From Promethearchaeota archaeon (GTDB taxonomy: Archaea; Asgardarchaeota; Heimdallarchaeia; Hodarchaeales; Hodarchaeaceae): a stretch of 64,000 nucleotides of DNA. The notes beneath the pieces were generated by a model. The model saw nothing but the letters and a program-made list of their open reading frames with translations. It did no database searches and was not told where the DNA came from. Where the stretch lies: contig JBHLMN010000013.1 of NCBI GenBank assembly GCA_048938105.1, forward strand, positions 1 through 64,000, in the 5' to 3' direction. Of this stretch, positions 31,221 through 41,256 are shown in pieces. The translations under genes and the position numbers were made by a program. Positions within the stretch are counted from its first letter, which is position 1, and each line of letters starts with the position of its first letter.

Positions 31221-31546
31221 TTTTGATCATTCTCTAAAGATATAGGTTCCAGAGGTGGTATTATTGACCAAGAATAAAATTAGACACTTTCTTATAGCCA
31301 CCTAAGAAATCAATCTGATATAATTGTTGTTCTTAAATTTTTAAATGACAATAGAATGAAAAAACGTTTTAACAGAGATGAATAACTCCCTCTTCCAACA
31401 CAGTCGTGTATCGGTCTGGGAATCCGTAACACCCTTAGAAATTCTTTTAGTTTTTAATAGTACTGATTTTACTAGAAAGAAATATTAAATTATATCTTTC
31501 AGAAACGCTTTATAGTGGATCTTTCTATTCTCTCGAATGCTCTTCC

Positions 31547-33166
31547 ATGGTTGGTTCTCTTATGGTGGTCATTAAAAGCAAAGTTGAAAGTGATTCAAAA
31601 GAGTTCAAAGAAAATTATACGCATTATCAAAAACTACTTCAAGAATATCGTGAGATTTGTGATCAAGTGAGAGCAGGTAATCCAAAGGCTATTGAGAAAC
31701 ATCTTCAGAGAAAGAAAATACTCGCCCGAAAGCGAATTGAAATGATTTTGGATCCTGACACTCCATTCATGGAATTAAGTCCACTTGCAGCATATAATAT
31801 GTACGATAATGCCTGTCCTTATGCTGGGATTGTAACTGGTATTGGGTTGGTTGGTGGACGAGAGATTATGTTTATAGCAAATGATGCGACAATTAAAGGG
31901 GGAACCTATCATCCTATGACTGTAAAAAAGCATCTTCGTGCTCAAGAAATAGCTGAGCAGAATCGATTGCCTTGTGTATATTTAGTTGATTCTGGGGGTG
32001 CTTTCTTACCTCTACAGGCTGATGTATTTCCTGATAAAGAACATTTTGGAAGAATTTTTTATAATCAAGCTCAGATGTCAGCAAAAAAAATACCCCAGAT
32101 AAGCGCGGTAATGGGTTCTTGTACTGCTGGTGGTGCTTATGTTCCTGCAATGTCTGATGAGACAGTGATTGTAAAAGGCACTGGAACGATTTTTTTAGGA
32201 GGACCTCCTCTTGTTAAAGCTGCTACAGGAGAAGAAATCTCAGCTAATGAATTAGGAGGAGCAGACGTTCATTGTCGCATCTCAGGAGTTTCGGATCATT
32301 ACGCTTTGAATGATGAACACGCTCTTCATTTGACACGCGAAATAATAGAACATCTTAATCTACCACCTAAGACCCAATTAGATGTTCGCCCTCCTGAAGA
32401 TCCCCTTTATCTTCCTAATGAAATTTATGGTGTTCTACCAAAAGATCCTAAAAAGGCATATGATGTTCATGAAATCATTGCTCGCTTAGTTGATGGCTCT
32501 AATTTCCATGAATTTAAGCCTCTCTATGGAACAACGTTAGTTTGTGGCTTTGCTCGAATTATGGGTTATCCTGTGGGCATTCTTGCAAACAATGGAGTCC
32601 TTTTTTCTGAAAGTGCTTTGAAAGGAACACACTTTATTAATCTATGTTCTCAAAGACGAACACCTTTGATATTTCTACAAAATATTACTGGATTCATGGT
32701 GGGTAGCGATGCTGAGGCAGGAGGGATTGCAAAAGATGGAGCTAAAATGGTTATGGCTGTAAGTAATACTCAAGTGCCGAAAATAACCATTATAATTGGT
32801 GGAAGTTTTGGAGCAGGAAATTATGGAATGGCAGGACGAGCCTATTCTCCTCGGTTTCTCTTTATGTGGCCTAACGCGCGTATATCAGTTATGGGTGGTG
32901 AACAGGCAGCTAACGTCTTGGCAACTGTTAAAGAGGCCCAATACAAGGTTCAAGGTAAAAAACTTTCCCCAGAAGAGCGGAAGAAAATCATGGAACCCAT
33001 CCTAGAAAAATATGAAAGAGAGGGTTCTGCTTATTATTCCAGTGCTAGATTGTGGGATGATGGAATAATCGATCCTGCAGACACAAGAATTGTATTAGCT
33101 CTTTGTATTTCTGCAACATTAAATGCTCCAATACCTGATACGAACTTTGGTGTCTTCAGAATGTAA
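31547..33166 (+). CDS. mccB: Methylcrotonyl-CoA carboxylase carboxyltransferase subunit (MccB/LiuB)
   Basis: [55 protein letters not shown] and C-terminal FGVFRM. Confidence 0.95.
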   Translation: MVGSLMVVIKSKVESDSKEFKENYTHYQKLLQEYREICDQVRAGNPKAIEKHLQRKKILARKRIEMILDPDTPFMELSPLAAYNMYDNACPYAGIVTGIGLVGGREIMFIANDATIKGGTYHPMTVKKHLRAQEIAEQNRLPCVYLVDSGGAFLPLQADVFPDKEHFGRIFYNQAQMSAKKIPQISAVMGSCTAGGAYVPAMSDETVIVKGTGTIFLGGPPLVKAATGEEISANELGGADVHCRISGVSDHYALNDEHALHLTREIIEHLNLPPKTQLDVRPPEDPLYLPNEIYGVLPKDPKKAYDVHEIIARLVDGSNFHEFKPLYGTTLVCGFARIMGYPVGILANNGVLFSESALKGTHFINLCSQRRTPLIFLQNITGFMVGSDAEAGGIAKDGAKMVMAVSNTQVPKITIIIGGSFGAGNYGMAGRAYSPRFLFMWPNARISVMGGEQAANVLATVKEAQYKVQGKKLSPEERKKIMEPILEKYEREGSAYYSSARLWDDGIIDPADTRIVLALCISATLNAPIPDTNFGVFRM

Positions 33167-33169
33167 CCA

Positions 33170-34021
33170 TTGGAAAGCGAGGAATTTACATTGAAATCAT
33201 ACGAAACAATTACTAGAAAAGATATCAATCATGTTGCAATTGTAACTTTGAACCGTCCAGAAGTTCATAATGCATTTAATACAATAATGATAGAGGAATT
33301 AACTACTATCTTTAAATATTTGGGTAATGATACTTCTATTAGAGCCATTGTAATAACTGGTGAAGGGAAATCATTTTCAGCTGGAGCAGACATAAAATAC
33401 ATGCAAGCGAGTAAAAATTTCAGTTATGAGGAAAATTATGAAGATGCCAGCCGCTTAGAGCAATTATTTAACACAATATATCTCACTCCAAAACCAGTCA
33501 TAGGCCGAATTAATGGAGCTGCTTTTGGAGGTGGTCTTGGGTTAATTTCCGTATGTGACATCGTAGTAGCGGTGAAAACAGCGAAAATGGCTTTTTCCGA
33601 GGTTAATCTTGGAATCCTTCCTGCAGTCATCAGCCCTTATGTAATCCCAAAAATTGGTTTTACAAACGCTGCTCGATTTTTTCTAAGTGGTGAACGTTTT
33701 AACGCTATTAAAGCGCATGAAATTGGCTTAATTCACGAACTTGTTGATGGAATTTCTGAACTAGATCAGAAGATCGCAGATATCCTCGATCAACTATTCA
33801 CAAGTAGTCCAGCTGCAATGGCGAGTATTAAGCGATTGTTGGTAAAGAATCGTGATACAGAGTTCCAAGAATTAAGAAAATATTGTATTTCCCAAATCGC
33901 TGAACTCAGGACGTCTGATGAAGGAAAAGAGGGATTAAGAGCTTTCTTAGAGAAACGGCCTGCAGAATGGAACTTCTCACCCTGGAAGGGGAGAGATAAA
34001 ATAGATGATCCTACTGAATAA
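33170..34021 (+). CDS. liuC: Methylglutaconyl-CoA hydratase (crotonase family, LiuC-like)
   Basis: LNRPEVHNAFN, FSAGAD, AFGGGLGL, SEVNLGILPAVISPYV; follows mccB. Confidence 0.85.
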   Translation: MESEEFTLKSYETITRKDINHVAIVTLNRPEVHNAFNTIMIEELTTIFKYLGNDTSIRAIVITGEGKSFSAGADIKYMQASKNFSYEENYEDASRLEQLFNTIYLTPKPVIGRINGAAFGGGLGLISVCDIVVAVKTAKMAFSEVNLGILPAVISPYVIPKIGFTNAARFFLSGERFNAIKAHEIGLIHELVDGISELDQKIADILDQLFTSSPAAMASIKRLLVKNRDTEFQELRKYCISQIAELRTSDEGKEGLRAFLEKRPAEWNFSPWKGRDKIDDPTE

Positions 34022-34038
34022 CTGGTTTGAATGTAAAA

Positions 34039-34788
34039 ATGGCTCGGATTGATTTTGATTACTATTCTCCAATAAAGCCTGACGTTCCAAATCTTATTTT
34101 CATTCATGGTGCTGGTGGAGATAAAACTCAATGGGAAAAACAAAAGATTTTTTTTCAACAACACGGTTGGGGGATTATCACTCTTAGCCTCCCAGGTCAT
34201 GGACATAGTTCTCCATCAGAATCATTGAGTATAGACAATTATGTAGAAACAATTAACGAAATAATAATCAAACAAAATTTGGAGAATATTACACTAATTG
34301 GTCATTCAATGGGTGGAGCCATAGCACTTCAATTCACTTTACAATACCCTGGATCGATAATTGACAAATTGATATTGATTGGTACGGGAGCAAGACTGAA
34401 AGTAGCTCCAGCTTTTATTGAGGCAATACAAACGGATTTTGATCATTTTTTGGAACTTTTGGGAAGAGTAGCATTTCATAAAAATACTATAGCTCAAATT
34501 AAACTTGCTAATGAAGAAGCTCTAAGAAGAAATGGAGGAGTAATCTTTCTTCAGGATTTTAAGATCTGTGATTCTTATGATATTCGGTCAGAGTTGCATA
34601 AAATTACTAATCAAACCCTGATTATAGTGGGACAAGACGATCAAATGACACCAGTGAAGTACTCAACTTTCTTGCACGAAAATATAAAGGACACTCAACT
34701 TACTATAATACCCGAAGCAGGACATTACGTGTATCAAGAGAAACCTCAAGCTGTAAATAACGAAATATACAAATTTTTATCAGAATAA
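34039..34788 (+). CDS. Alpha/beta hydrolase
   Basis: FIHGAGG, GHSMGG nucleophile elbow, GQDD and AGH. Confidence 0.9.
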   Translation: MARIDFDYYSPIKPDVPNLIFIHGAGGDKTQWEKQKIFFQQHGWGIITLSLPGHGHSSPSESLSIDNYVETINEIIIKQNLENITLIGHSMGGAIALQFTLQYPGSIIDKLILIGTGARLKVAPAFIEAIQTDFDHFLELLGRVAFHKNTIAQIKLANEEALRRNGGVIFLQDFKICDSYDIRSELHKITNQTLIIVGQDDQMTPVKYSTFLHENIKDTQLTIIPEAGHYVYQEKPQAVNNEIYKFLSE

Positions 34789-34801
34789 TAGGTGAATATA
34801 T

Positions 34802-35704
34802 GTGAGTGATCAGCCTTTAATCGAAAAACTAGGTTTTTCTCCAACTGATAAAGTAGTAATTTTTCATATAGATGATGTAGGGTTTTCGCACGCTTCAAAT
34901 TTAGCCTCTTTTGAATGTTTAGATTTTGGCGTTGCTACTTGTGGTTCTGTAATCGTTCCATCTCCATGGTTTTTAGAAACAGCATCAATCTGCAAAAATA
35001 ATCCAAAATATGATATGGGAGTCCACCTTACACTTACCTGTGAATATGACCTTTATCGCTGGCGAGCATTGAGTACTGTCGATAAAGAAACAGGATTATT
35101 AGACGATGAAGGATGTTTATGGAGAACAACAGAAGAAGCTATTAAACATGTGGCACCTGAAGCAGCGAAGAACGAGATGCGAACACAAATTCAACGAGCT
35201 TTAGATCATGGAATCGATGTTACTCACATCGATACTCATATGGGAGCAGTTATAGATCCAAAGTTTATTCAATCATATCTGACATTAGCATCCGAATTTA
35301 AAATTCCAGCCTTCTTGCCCCGCTTATCGCGTGAAGAGATCATTAACATGGGCTTTGGTGATTATGCTGATATGTACATGGAGCTACTCCCTCAATTGGA
35401 GGCAAGTGGCACTGTATTACTAGATCAGATAATCATCAATACTGGGGGAGAACAACCTGATAAATTACAATACTATTGTGATAGGATGGCTGAGATTAAA
35501 CCTGGATTAACTCACTTCCTATTCCATCCTGCTAAAATGAGCCCTGAACTCAAAGGTATCACCCCAGATTCTGGAGTATGGCGAAACCAAGATTATATGG
35601 CATTTACTGACAATCGAATCAAGAAATGCATCAAAAAACTTAAGTTAAAGCTTATTGGGTATAGAAAAATACGTGAATATTTAAGGAAAAATTTGCATAT
35701 TTAA
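34802..35704 (+). CDS. YdjC/ChbG-like deacetylase
   Basis: HIDDVG, GVHLTL, THIDTHMG and FHP motifs. Confidence 0.87.
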   Translation: MSDQPLIEKLGFSPTDKVVIFHIDDVGFSHASNLASFECLDFGVATCGSVIVPSPWFLETASICKNNPKYDMGVHLTLTCEYDLYRWRALSTVDKETGLLDDEGCLWRTTEEAIKHVAPEAAKNEMRTQIQRALDHGIDVTHIDTHMGAVIDPKFIQSYLTLASEFKIPAFLPRLSREEIINMGFGDYADMYMELLPQLEASGTVLLDQIIINTGGEQPDKLQYYCDRMAEIKPGLTHFLFHPAKMSPELKGITPDSGVWRNQDYMAFTDNRIKKCIKKLKLKLIGYRKIREYLRKNLHI

Positions 35705-35729
35705 TTTATCATAATTGTTTGTGATATAA

Positions 35730-36557
35730 ATGAAATTTAACATTGCTGCTGCTCAAATACAATCACATCAAGCAGATCCTCATGCTAATTTGGATAAAAT
35801 CTCGAAAATTTGTCAAAGAAAAGAAATTACTACTGATCCAAATACAATTGTAGTTTTCCCCGAACTTGCAGTTACAGGATATCTCATGCATGATGATGTA
35901 TTCAATTTAGCGGAGAAAATACCCACAGGCCCGCTTAGCAAAAAAGTAGCAAAAATAGCTGAAACAAATAATTGTTTTCTCATTGTAGGCATACCAGAGA
36001 TTTCGGTTCCTGGTGTATTATACAATTCAGCTGTATTGTTTGGTCCAGAAGGATTCTTAGGGAAAGGTAGGAAGATTTTCATTCCTAATCATTCTGTTTT
36101 TAATGAGAGACGATATTTTAGAAGTGCTACGACAATTAATGTTGTTGAAAGTCCATTCGGGAAAATTGGATTACAGATCTGTTATGATCTATTTAGTCCA
36201 GAAATTACACGAGCTCACGCTTTATTGGGAGCACATACAAGTATTTGTATTTCAGCATCTCCTGGGGTGCGTAGACAATATTTTGAATCGTTTTTACCTA
36301 CACGTGCGATGGAAAACACGATCAATATGGTTTATGTCAATCAATCAGGAATCCAAGATGATCTAGTATTTTGGGGAGGATCTGAAGTTCGAAATGCTAC
36401 GGGAAAACAACTTCTAAAACTCAAATATGACGAACCTGACTTTGGAATTACCCAATTGGATACTGTTGTGCGTACAGCTAGACCTTTTGTGCCTACTCTT
36501 AGAGACGTGCCACCATGGATTTTTTCAAAGTTAGAAAAAGAAAGTCAGGGACTTTAA
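35730..36557 (+). CDS. Carbon-nitrogen hydrolase, probable glutaminase partner of NadE
   Basis: FPELAVTGY, RKIFIPNHSVFNERRYF, ICYD, SASP and FWGGS; 16 nt upstream of nadE. Confidence 0.85.
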   Translation: MKFNIAAAQIQSHQADPHANLDKISKICQRKEITTDPNTIVVFPELAVTGYLMHDDVFNLAEKIPTGPLSKKVAKIAETNNCFLIVGIPEISVPGVLYNSAVLFGPEGFLGKGRKIFIPNHSVFNERRYFRSATTINVVESPFGKIGLQICYDLFSPEITRAHALLGAHTSICISASPGVRRQYFESFLPTRAMENTINMVYVNQSGIQDDLVFWGGSEVRNATGKQLLKLKYDEPDFGITQLDTVVRTARPFVPTLRDVPPWIFSKLEKESQGL

Positions 36558-36573
36558 TAATGGAGATTGAATA

Positions 36574-37413
36574 ATGAGCAAAATTCCTCCAATTGATGCT
36601 CCTCATGCAATAAAACTTATTGAAGATTTTATTAGAATCCGTGTGTCCGAAGCAGGAGCAAAAGGAGTAGTAATCGGGTTAAGTGGTGGTATTGATTCCA
36701 CAGTTGTAGCTTCGATCGCAGTTCGTGCAGTAGATCCAAAAAACATTTTTGCTTTATTTTTACCTAGTAGAACAACACCAAAAGTCGATTTAACAGATGT
36801 AAAATTGCTGTGCTCCCACTTAAAGATTGAGCTAACTGAAATAAACATCCAAAACTTGATTGATATCTTTGCTGAAGAAATAAAGGAAAAAGAAAATTCA
36901 TCACAATTAGAATGGGCAAATCTAAAACCCCGTATCCGTCAATCAATTTGCTATTTTTTTGCGAATAGACTTAACTATTTACTATGTGGAGCAGGAAATA
37001 AAAGTGAGTTAATGATAGGTTATTTCACCAAGTTTGGGGATGCTGCTGTGGATATTTTACCTATAGGGGATGTATACAAGACCCATGTATATCAACTGGG
37101 GGAATATTTGAAAGTACCAGAAGATATTCTTTCTAAAACACCATCAGCAGGTTTGTGGGAAGGTCAAACTGATGAAGCCGAGATTGGTATGTCTTACATC
37201 AAACTTGATAGTATTCTTTATAGTCTAGAACGGTTTCAAACCGAAATTGAAGTTGCAGAGTATCTTCAGATTCCTAGTGCTGAGGTAAAAAAAGTACAAT
37301 CGTTGCTGTATCAAAGTGAACACAAACGACGGGGTCCACTAATCTTTAAGCTAGGAATAAGAACCCCTAATATTGACTGGCGAATTCCATTGATTAAGCC
37401 AAGTGATTTATAA
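36574..37413 (+). CDS. nadE: NAD+ synthetase (single-domain)
   Basis: GLSGGIDS, NLKPRIR, NKSE..IGYFTKFGD, KTPSAGLWEGQTDE and SEHKR motifs. Confidence 0.95.
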   Translation: MSKIPPIDAPHAIKLIEDFIRIRVSEAGAKGVVIGLSGGIDSTVVASIAVRAVDPKNIFALFLPSRTTPKVDLTDVKLLCSHLKIELTEINIQNLIDIFAEEIKEKENSSQLEWANLKPRIRQSICYFFANRLNYLLCGAGNKSELMIGYFTKFGDAAVDILPIGDVYKTHVYQLGEYLKVPEDILSKTPSAGLWEGQTDEAEIGMSYIKLDSILYSLERFQTEIEVAEYLQIPSAEVKKVQSLLYQSEHKRRGPLIFKLGIRTPNIDWRIPLIKPSDL

Positions 37414-37442
37414 TCCCTTCCAATCAAATCAATATCACTGGT

Positions 37443-39977
37443 TTAGGTCAAAACTTTCAGTTTTATCGGTTCAACCTTACGATAGTATTTTAGCGGATCG
37501 ATATTAAAGGATTCATAATGTTCTGTTAATAGCTTAGGTTGGATCCCAAATAGACGTTCATTCTCTTGGATATATGGCTTGATAAGGTTCCAATCTTCAA
37601 ACTGCAAGGAACTAAATTGTCCGCCATTTAATTGGTTTGTTTCTACTTTCTTGAAAGGGTCTAGAATGTAAATTGCTCCTCCAGAAGCCAACGAGAATAG
37701 ATTACACCCAGGATAGGGTGTTATGAGTGATTTCAGTTCACCTTCCTCATTAATCTCTAATCCATTAAGGATTATGAATCCTCCTCCCTTCAATGGATCT
37801 CCAGCCATAAACGACTCAGCAAGATAATCTAAACAAGTACCATTGATTACGACTCTTGGTTTCCCTACAGCATTGATCAAGGGTCTTCCTGCAGCATTAC
37901 CTAATACATATGCTTCTCCTCCTTTTGCACCATACATGAAAGTTTGACCAACATCTCCATAAATCACAAGCTTACCACTTTTCATAATTTGAGCTACTTG
38001 ATCTTGCGCTGATGTATGAACAAAAATTTCAGCCCCATCAAGGCCAGAACCAAGGTAATCTCCTGGGTTCCCATAAACGTCAATTCTAAAATCTGAGGAG
38101 TTTGATCCTAATCCACAACCACAAAATCTCTGTCCTCTCCAATCAAACGTGTATATTTGCTTCCAACCTCGATTGTAAGCGTCTACGATGAATCTAGCAG
38201 CAGAATTACCTCCTTCCGACGGAAATTGGGATACATTCATTATTAAAGCTTTTTCACCAGAAACAGGAGCTCGAAGTCCGTCTTTTGTTTTCCAATCAAT
38301 ACGGATCCAGGTTGCACCAACAGACTTAAGTATAGAAGGAAATCCCCTAAAAATTTTCCATAATGTCTGCTCAATGATTGCTCGAGACCATCCATTCATT
38401 GCATATGGAGTGAGGTGTAATTTGTCAAGTATAGATGTGAGTATATTCACAGCTTTTCTTCTGGATTTGTTAGAGTTCTGAACTTGCTCTAGTAGATATT
38501 TACTAAATTGCGAAAACGATTTAATTTCACGATTTAAATAGACTTCAGTAAGGTTACTATCACTCAATATTCTTTTGAACATTTGCTGAAAAGGTTCTTT
38601 TATTATCTTATTCTTTTCTACGTGTATTTCTCTACCAAATTTATCTGTACATTTCATCATTGGTTTATCTTTACTAAAATTTACTGTGAAAATGAAGGCA
38701 CCACCATCAGTGTAACTACCACCCCGCGCATTCCAGTAGAGATCTGCTTTTCCTGCAAAACGAGAATCTTTATTTCCTAGACTACGTAAAAAAGCATCTA
38801 TGGCTTGTCGTTCTGAAGCAATGAGCCCTAATTCTTCCTCACCTTCTTGAAGGGCAAAAACTTGGGGCCTTAGCATTGAAGTATCTGTTATCCCTATTAG
38901 CTCAATTAATCTGTCTGTAGGCCTTGATCGCCCGACGATGAAGAACCATGGGCCATCAGGTGATCCATGAATATGAGTCACTTGAATCTCGTGATAAATT
39001 TCCCTTTTTGTCTCATTTAACATTAAAAAGTCTCGTTCTGTTGTTGGTGCCATTGCTTCAAGTAGATATTCAATTGGATATTTGTAAACCCGTCCCCATA
39101 AGTCGAAGAGGTAAACCGCTACTTCTGTATCTGTTAAAAATAGAGGGAAGATATTTCGTTGAGCTAAGTATTCGGAAACAGAGTGATAGTTAGAAAAATC
39201 ACCGTTGTGAACTAGAGCTTCATGTAAACCAATAAAAGGATGTGCTCCTCCAGGATGCCAGATAGTTCCTTTTGTAGGATAACGATGGTGTCCTATCCAT
39301 ACATGAGCAGAAAACGTTTCAAGTTTATAGTATTTAATTACTTGATGACCATACCCAACTAATTTGAAAATTAACATATTTTTTCCATGGGATAAGACGA
39401 AAGCTCTTTTTTCACCCAAAGAGGTATAGTATTTTCTGTTAAGAGCATATGTATTTTGATATACGAACTCATCTTCTGCCTCATTAGGACAAAGCTGAAG
39501 TTGATAGGTTTTCATAAAATCAGTAAGAATTTCTTTTTTTACCCTACAAAAATATCTGTATACATGAGGTGGTTCTACTTCTAAGCCAATTTCCTGATAA
39601 TTATCAATTGTATCTACCCATCCCTCTGCATGTATTTCAAAATTTGGTGTAATAAACTCGTTTTCTATGGCTTTAAGACAAGAAGGATCAAGTAATGCGA
39701 TCTGAATAATGTAATCATTCACTAAAACATCACTTGGTACTCCTAATTGCTCTGAGGAGAGACCTAAAACAGCAATACCTCCTCCTTTGCCGTTTCCACG
39801 ATTTTTCATTTGATAAAGGGGTTCTAAGAAGTGTTCTCCATTTAAAGGAACCGAACAAGCTGCCCCAATTACTCCACACCCACCTTCACCTACTTCTTTC
39901 TCATTAATATGTAATCCTTTTACCAAACGGGTACGTGATCGTATGATGTTCTCTATCTTACTCATTTCATACACCAT
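37443..39977 (-). CDS. Glutamate-synthase-like Ntn amidotransferase fused to a GXGXG (GltB3) domain
   Basis: EGGCGVIG (Ntn Cys), HHRYPT, GAHPF, HNGD, TDTE; C-terminal GNPGDYLGSG / GDVGQTFMYGAKGG repeats. Confidence 0.88.
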   Translation of the reverse strand: MVYEMSKIENIIRSRTRLVKGLHINEKEVGEGGCGVIGAACSVPLNGEHFLEPLYQMKNRGNGKGGGIAVLGLSSEQLGVPSDVLVNDYIIQIALLDPSCLKAIENEFITPNFEIHAEGWVDTIDNYQEIGLEVEPPHVYRYFCRVKKEILTDFMKTYQLQLCPNEAEDEFVYQNTYALNRKYYTSLGEKRAFVLSHGKNMLIFKLVGYGHQVIKYYKLETFSAHVWIGHHRYPTKGTIWHPGGAHPFIGLHEALVHNGDFSNYHSVSEYLAQRNIFPLFLTDTEVAVYLFDLWGRVYKYPIEYLLEAMAPTTERDFLMLNETKREIYHEIQVTHIHGSPDGPWFFIVGRSRPTDRLIELIGITDTSMLRPQVFALQEGEEELGLIASERQAIDAFLRSLGNKDSRFAGKADLYWNARGGSYTDGGAFIFTVNFSKDKPMMKCTDKFGREIHVEKNKIIKEPFQQMFKRILSDSNLTEVYLNREIKSFSQFSKYLLEQVQNSNKSRRKAVNILTSILDKLHLTPYAMNGWSRAIIEQTLWKIFRGFPSILKSVGATWIRIDWKTKDGLRAPVSGEKALIMNVSQFPSEGGNSAARFIVDAYNRGWKQIYTFDWRGQRFCGCGLGSNSSDFRIDVYGNPGDYLGSGLDGAEIFVHTSAQDQVAQIMKSGKLVIYGDVGQTFMYGAKGGEAYVLGNAAGRPLINAVGKPRVVINGTCLDYLAESFMAGDPLKGGGFIILNGLEINEEGELKSLITPYPGCNLFSLASGGAIYILDPFKKVETNQLNGGQFSSLQFEDWNLIKPYIQENERLFGIQPKLLTEHYESFNIDPLKYYRKVEPIKLKVLT

Positions 39978-41256
39978 AATACATTAATAAATCTTTTCTG
40001 CCTCGTAACTCTCTAATTGACCTTAATCCAAGAGCAGCCAATATCTGTCTCCATTGAATCGCCCAAGAATGATATAGATTTATCAATCGTTGAGCCCCCC
40101 ACTCAGGATTAATAAATAAAGATAATTCAGGATCAGTTGTTGTAATACCTACTTGACACCCTCTTCCTCGCTCACAATTACCACAATGAGTACATCCAAC
40201 AGCTATTGCCTCTGTTGTACCAATGACACACCCATCAGCTCCTAAAGCAATTGCCTTGGCGACATCATAAGCTGTTCTAATCCCTCCGCTAGCAATTAAT
40301 ACTATCTCATCACGGACGCCTTCAGATTCAAGATATTTATGTACTATGGGAATTGCATATTCAACAGGCATCGCAATATTCTTTTTAGCAATTTCTGGTG
40401 CAGCTCCAGTTCCTCCGTAAGCTCCATCAATGTGAATAATATTTGCTCCTGCATAATAACTTCCTATAGCTACCATATCTATATCTTTTGGAGTAGACAC
40501 TTTGATAGATACTAAAGCTCGAGGATTTATAGTTTTTAGCCAGTCTACGTGTTTTTTATGATCCTCAACAGAGTATACAGAATGAAACGGAAAGGGTGAA
40601 TATAATGTTGTGAAAGGTACTGATTCTCTCATTTTTGCTACCATTGATGTCACTTTATCAGCCAATAGATGACCACCTAAACCTGGTTTTGCCCCTTGAG
40701 CATATTTAAACTCAACTATTCGAGCGTACTGAATAGTTTCTTCTCGTACACCGAATAAACCAGTAGCTACTTGGGTGATGACATGATCCCTAAAAGGTAC
40801 CAGGGCAGGAGGATATCCTCCTTCTCCTGTAGATGTAAACGTATTAATCTGTTTTGCAGCGATTGCCCTTGCTAACATAAAGTTTAAACTTACTGAACCT
40901 AGTGACATACCACCACCGTACACTGGAATAGGGATAACAATTTGAGGACCATTCCGTTGATTCAAAGGAATAGATAGATCAATACTCAAATCATCCTCTT
41001 GTTTTTGAGGATCATTATCCGTCTTGAAATCAAGTAGGTCAAACCCTCCATTAGACAGGCCAACCTTGTATTCAAGCCCTGATGTTGGGGGACAACCTGT
41101 ATGTGCTTGTTCATAAGTTGTTAAAATTAAATCAGCTGTCCAACGTTTGTCCCCTAAAGCTTTTGGAACTCCGTATTTTAAAGATGGTAAGATTTGGAGT
41201 CCCTTAACAATATTCTCTGAATGTTTTTTGATTGTTGGATTAAGAGCATTTAACAA
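39967..41256 (-). CDS. Glutamate synthase FMN-binding subunit (GltB2-like)
   Basis: GGMSLGS, TGEGG, QVATGLFG, KYAQGAKPGLGGHL, DGAYGGTGAAP, SGGIR and CTHCGNC...C; start approximate (TTG 41256; track 41349). Confidence 0.9.
   Translation of the reverse strand: MLNALNPTIKKHSENIVKGLQILPSLKYGVPKALGDKRWTADLILTTYEQAHTGCPPTSGLEYKVGLSNGGFDLLDFKTDNDPQKQEDDLSIDLSIPLNQRNGPQIVIPIPVYGGGMSLGSVSLNFMLARAIAAKQINTFTSTGEGGYPPALVPFRDHVITQVATGLFGVREETIQYARIVEFKYAQGAKPGLGGHLLADKVTSMVAKMRESVPFTTLYSPFPFHSVYSVEDHKKHVDWLKTINPRALVSIKVSTPKDIDMVAIGSYYAGANIIHIDGAYGGTGAAPEIAKKNIAMPVEYAIPIVHKYLESEGVRDEIVLIASGGIRTAYDVAKAIALGADGCVIGTTEAIAVGCTHCGNCERGRGCQVGITTTDPELSLFINPEWGAQRLINLYHSWAIQWRQILAALGLRSIRELRGRKDLLMYYGV

Noticed and set aside
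31030-31400. TnpA (Y1 HUH or IS607 serine recombinase) upstream of tnpB
   Set aside because: I found no HUH/Tyr or YARVS motif; only an unassignable broken ORF is present
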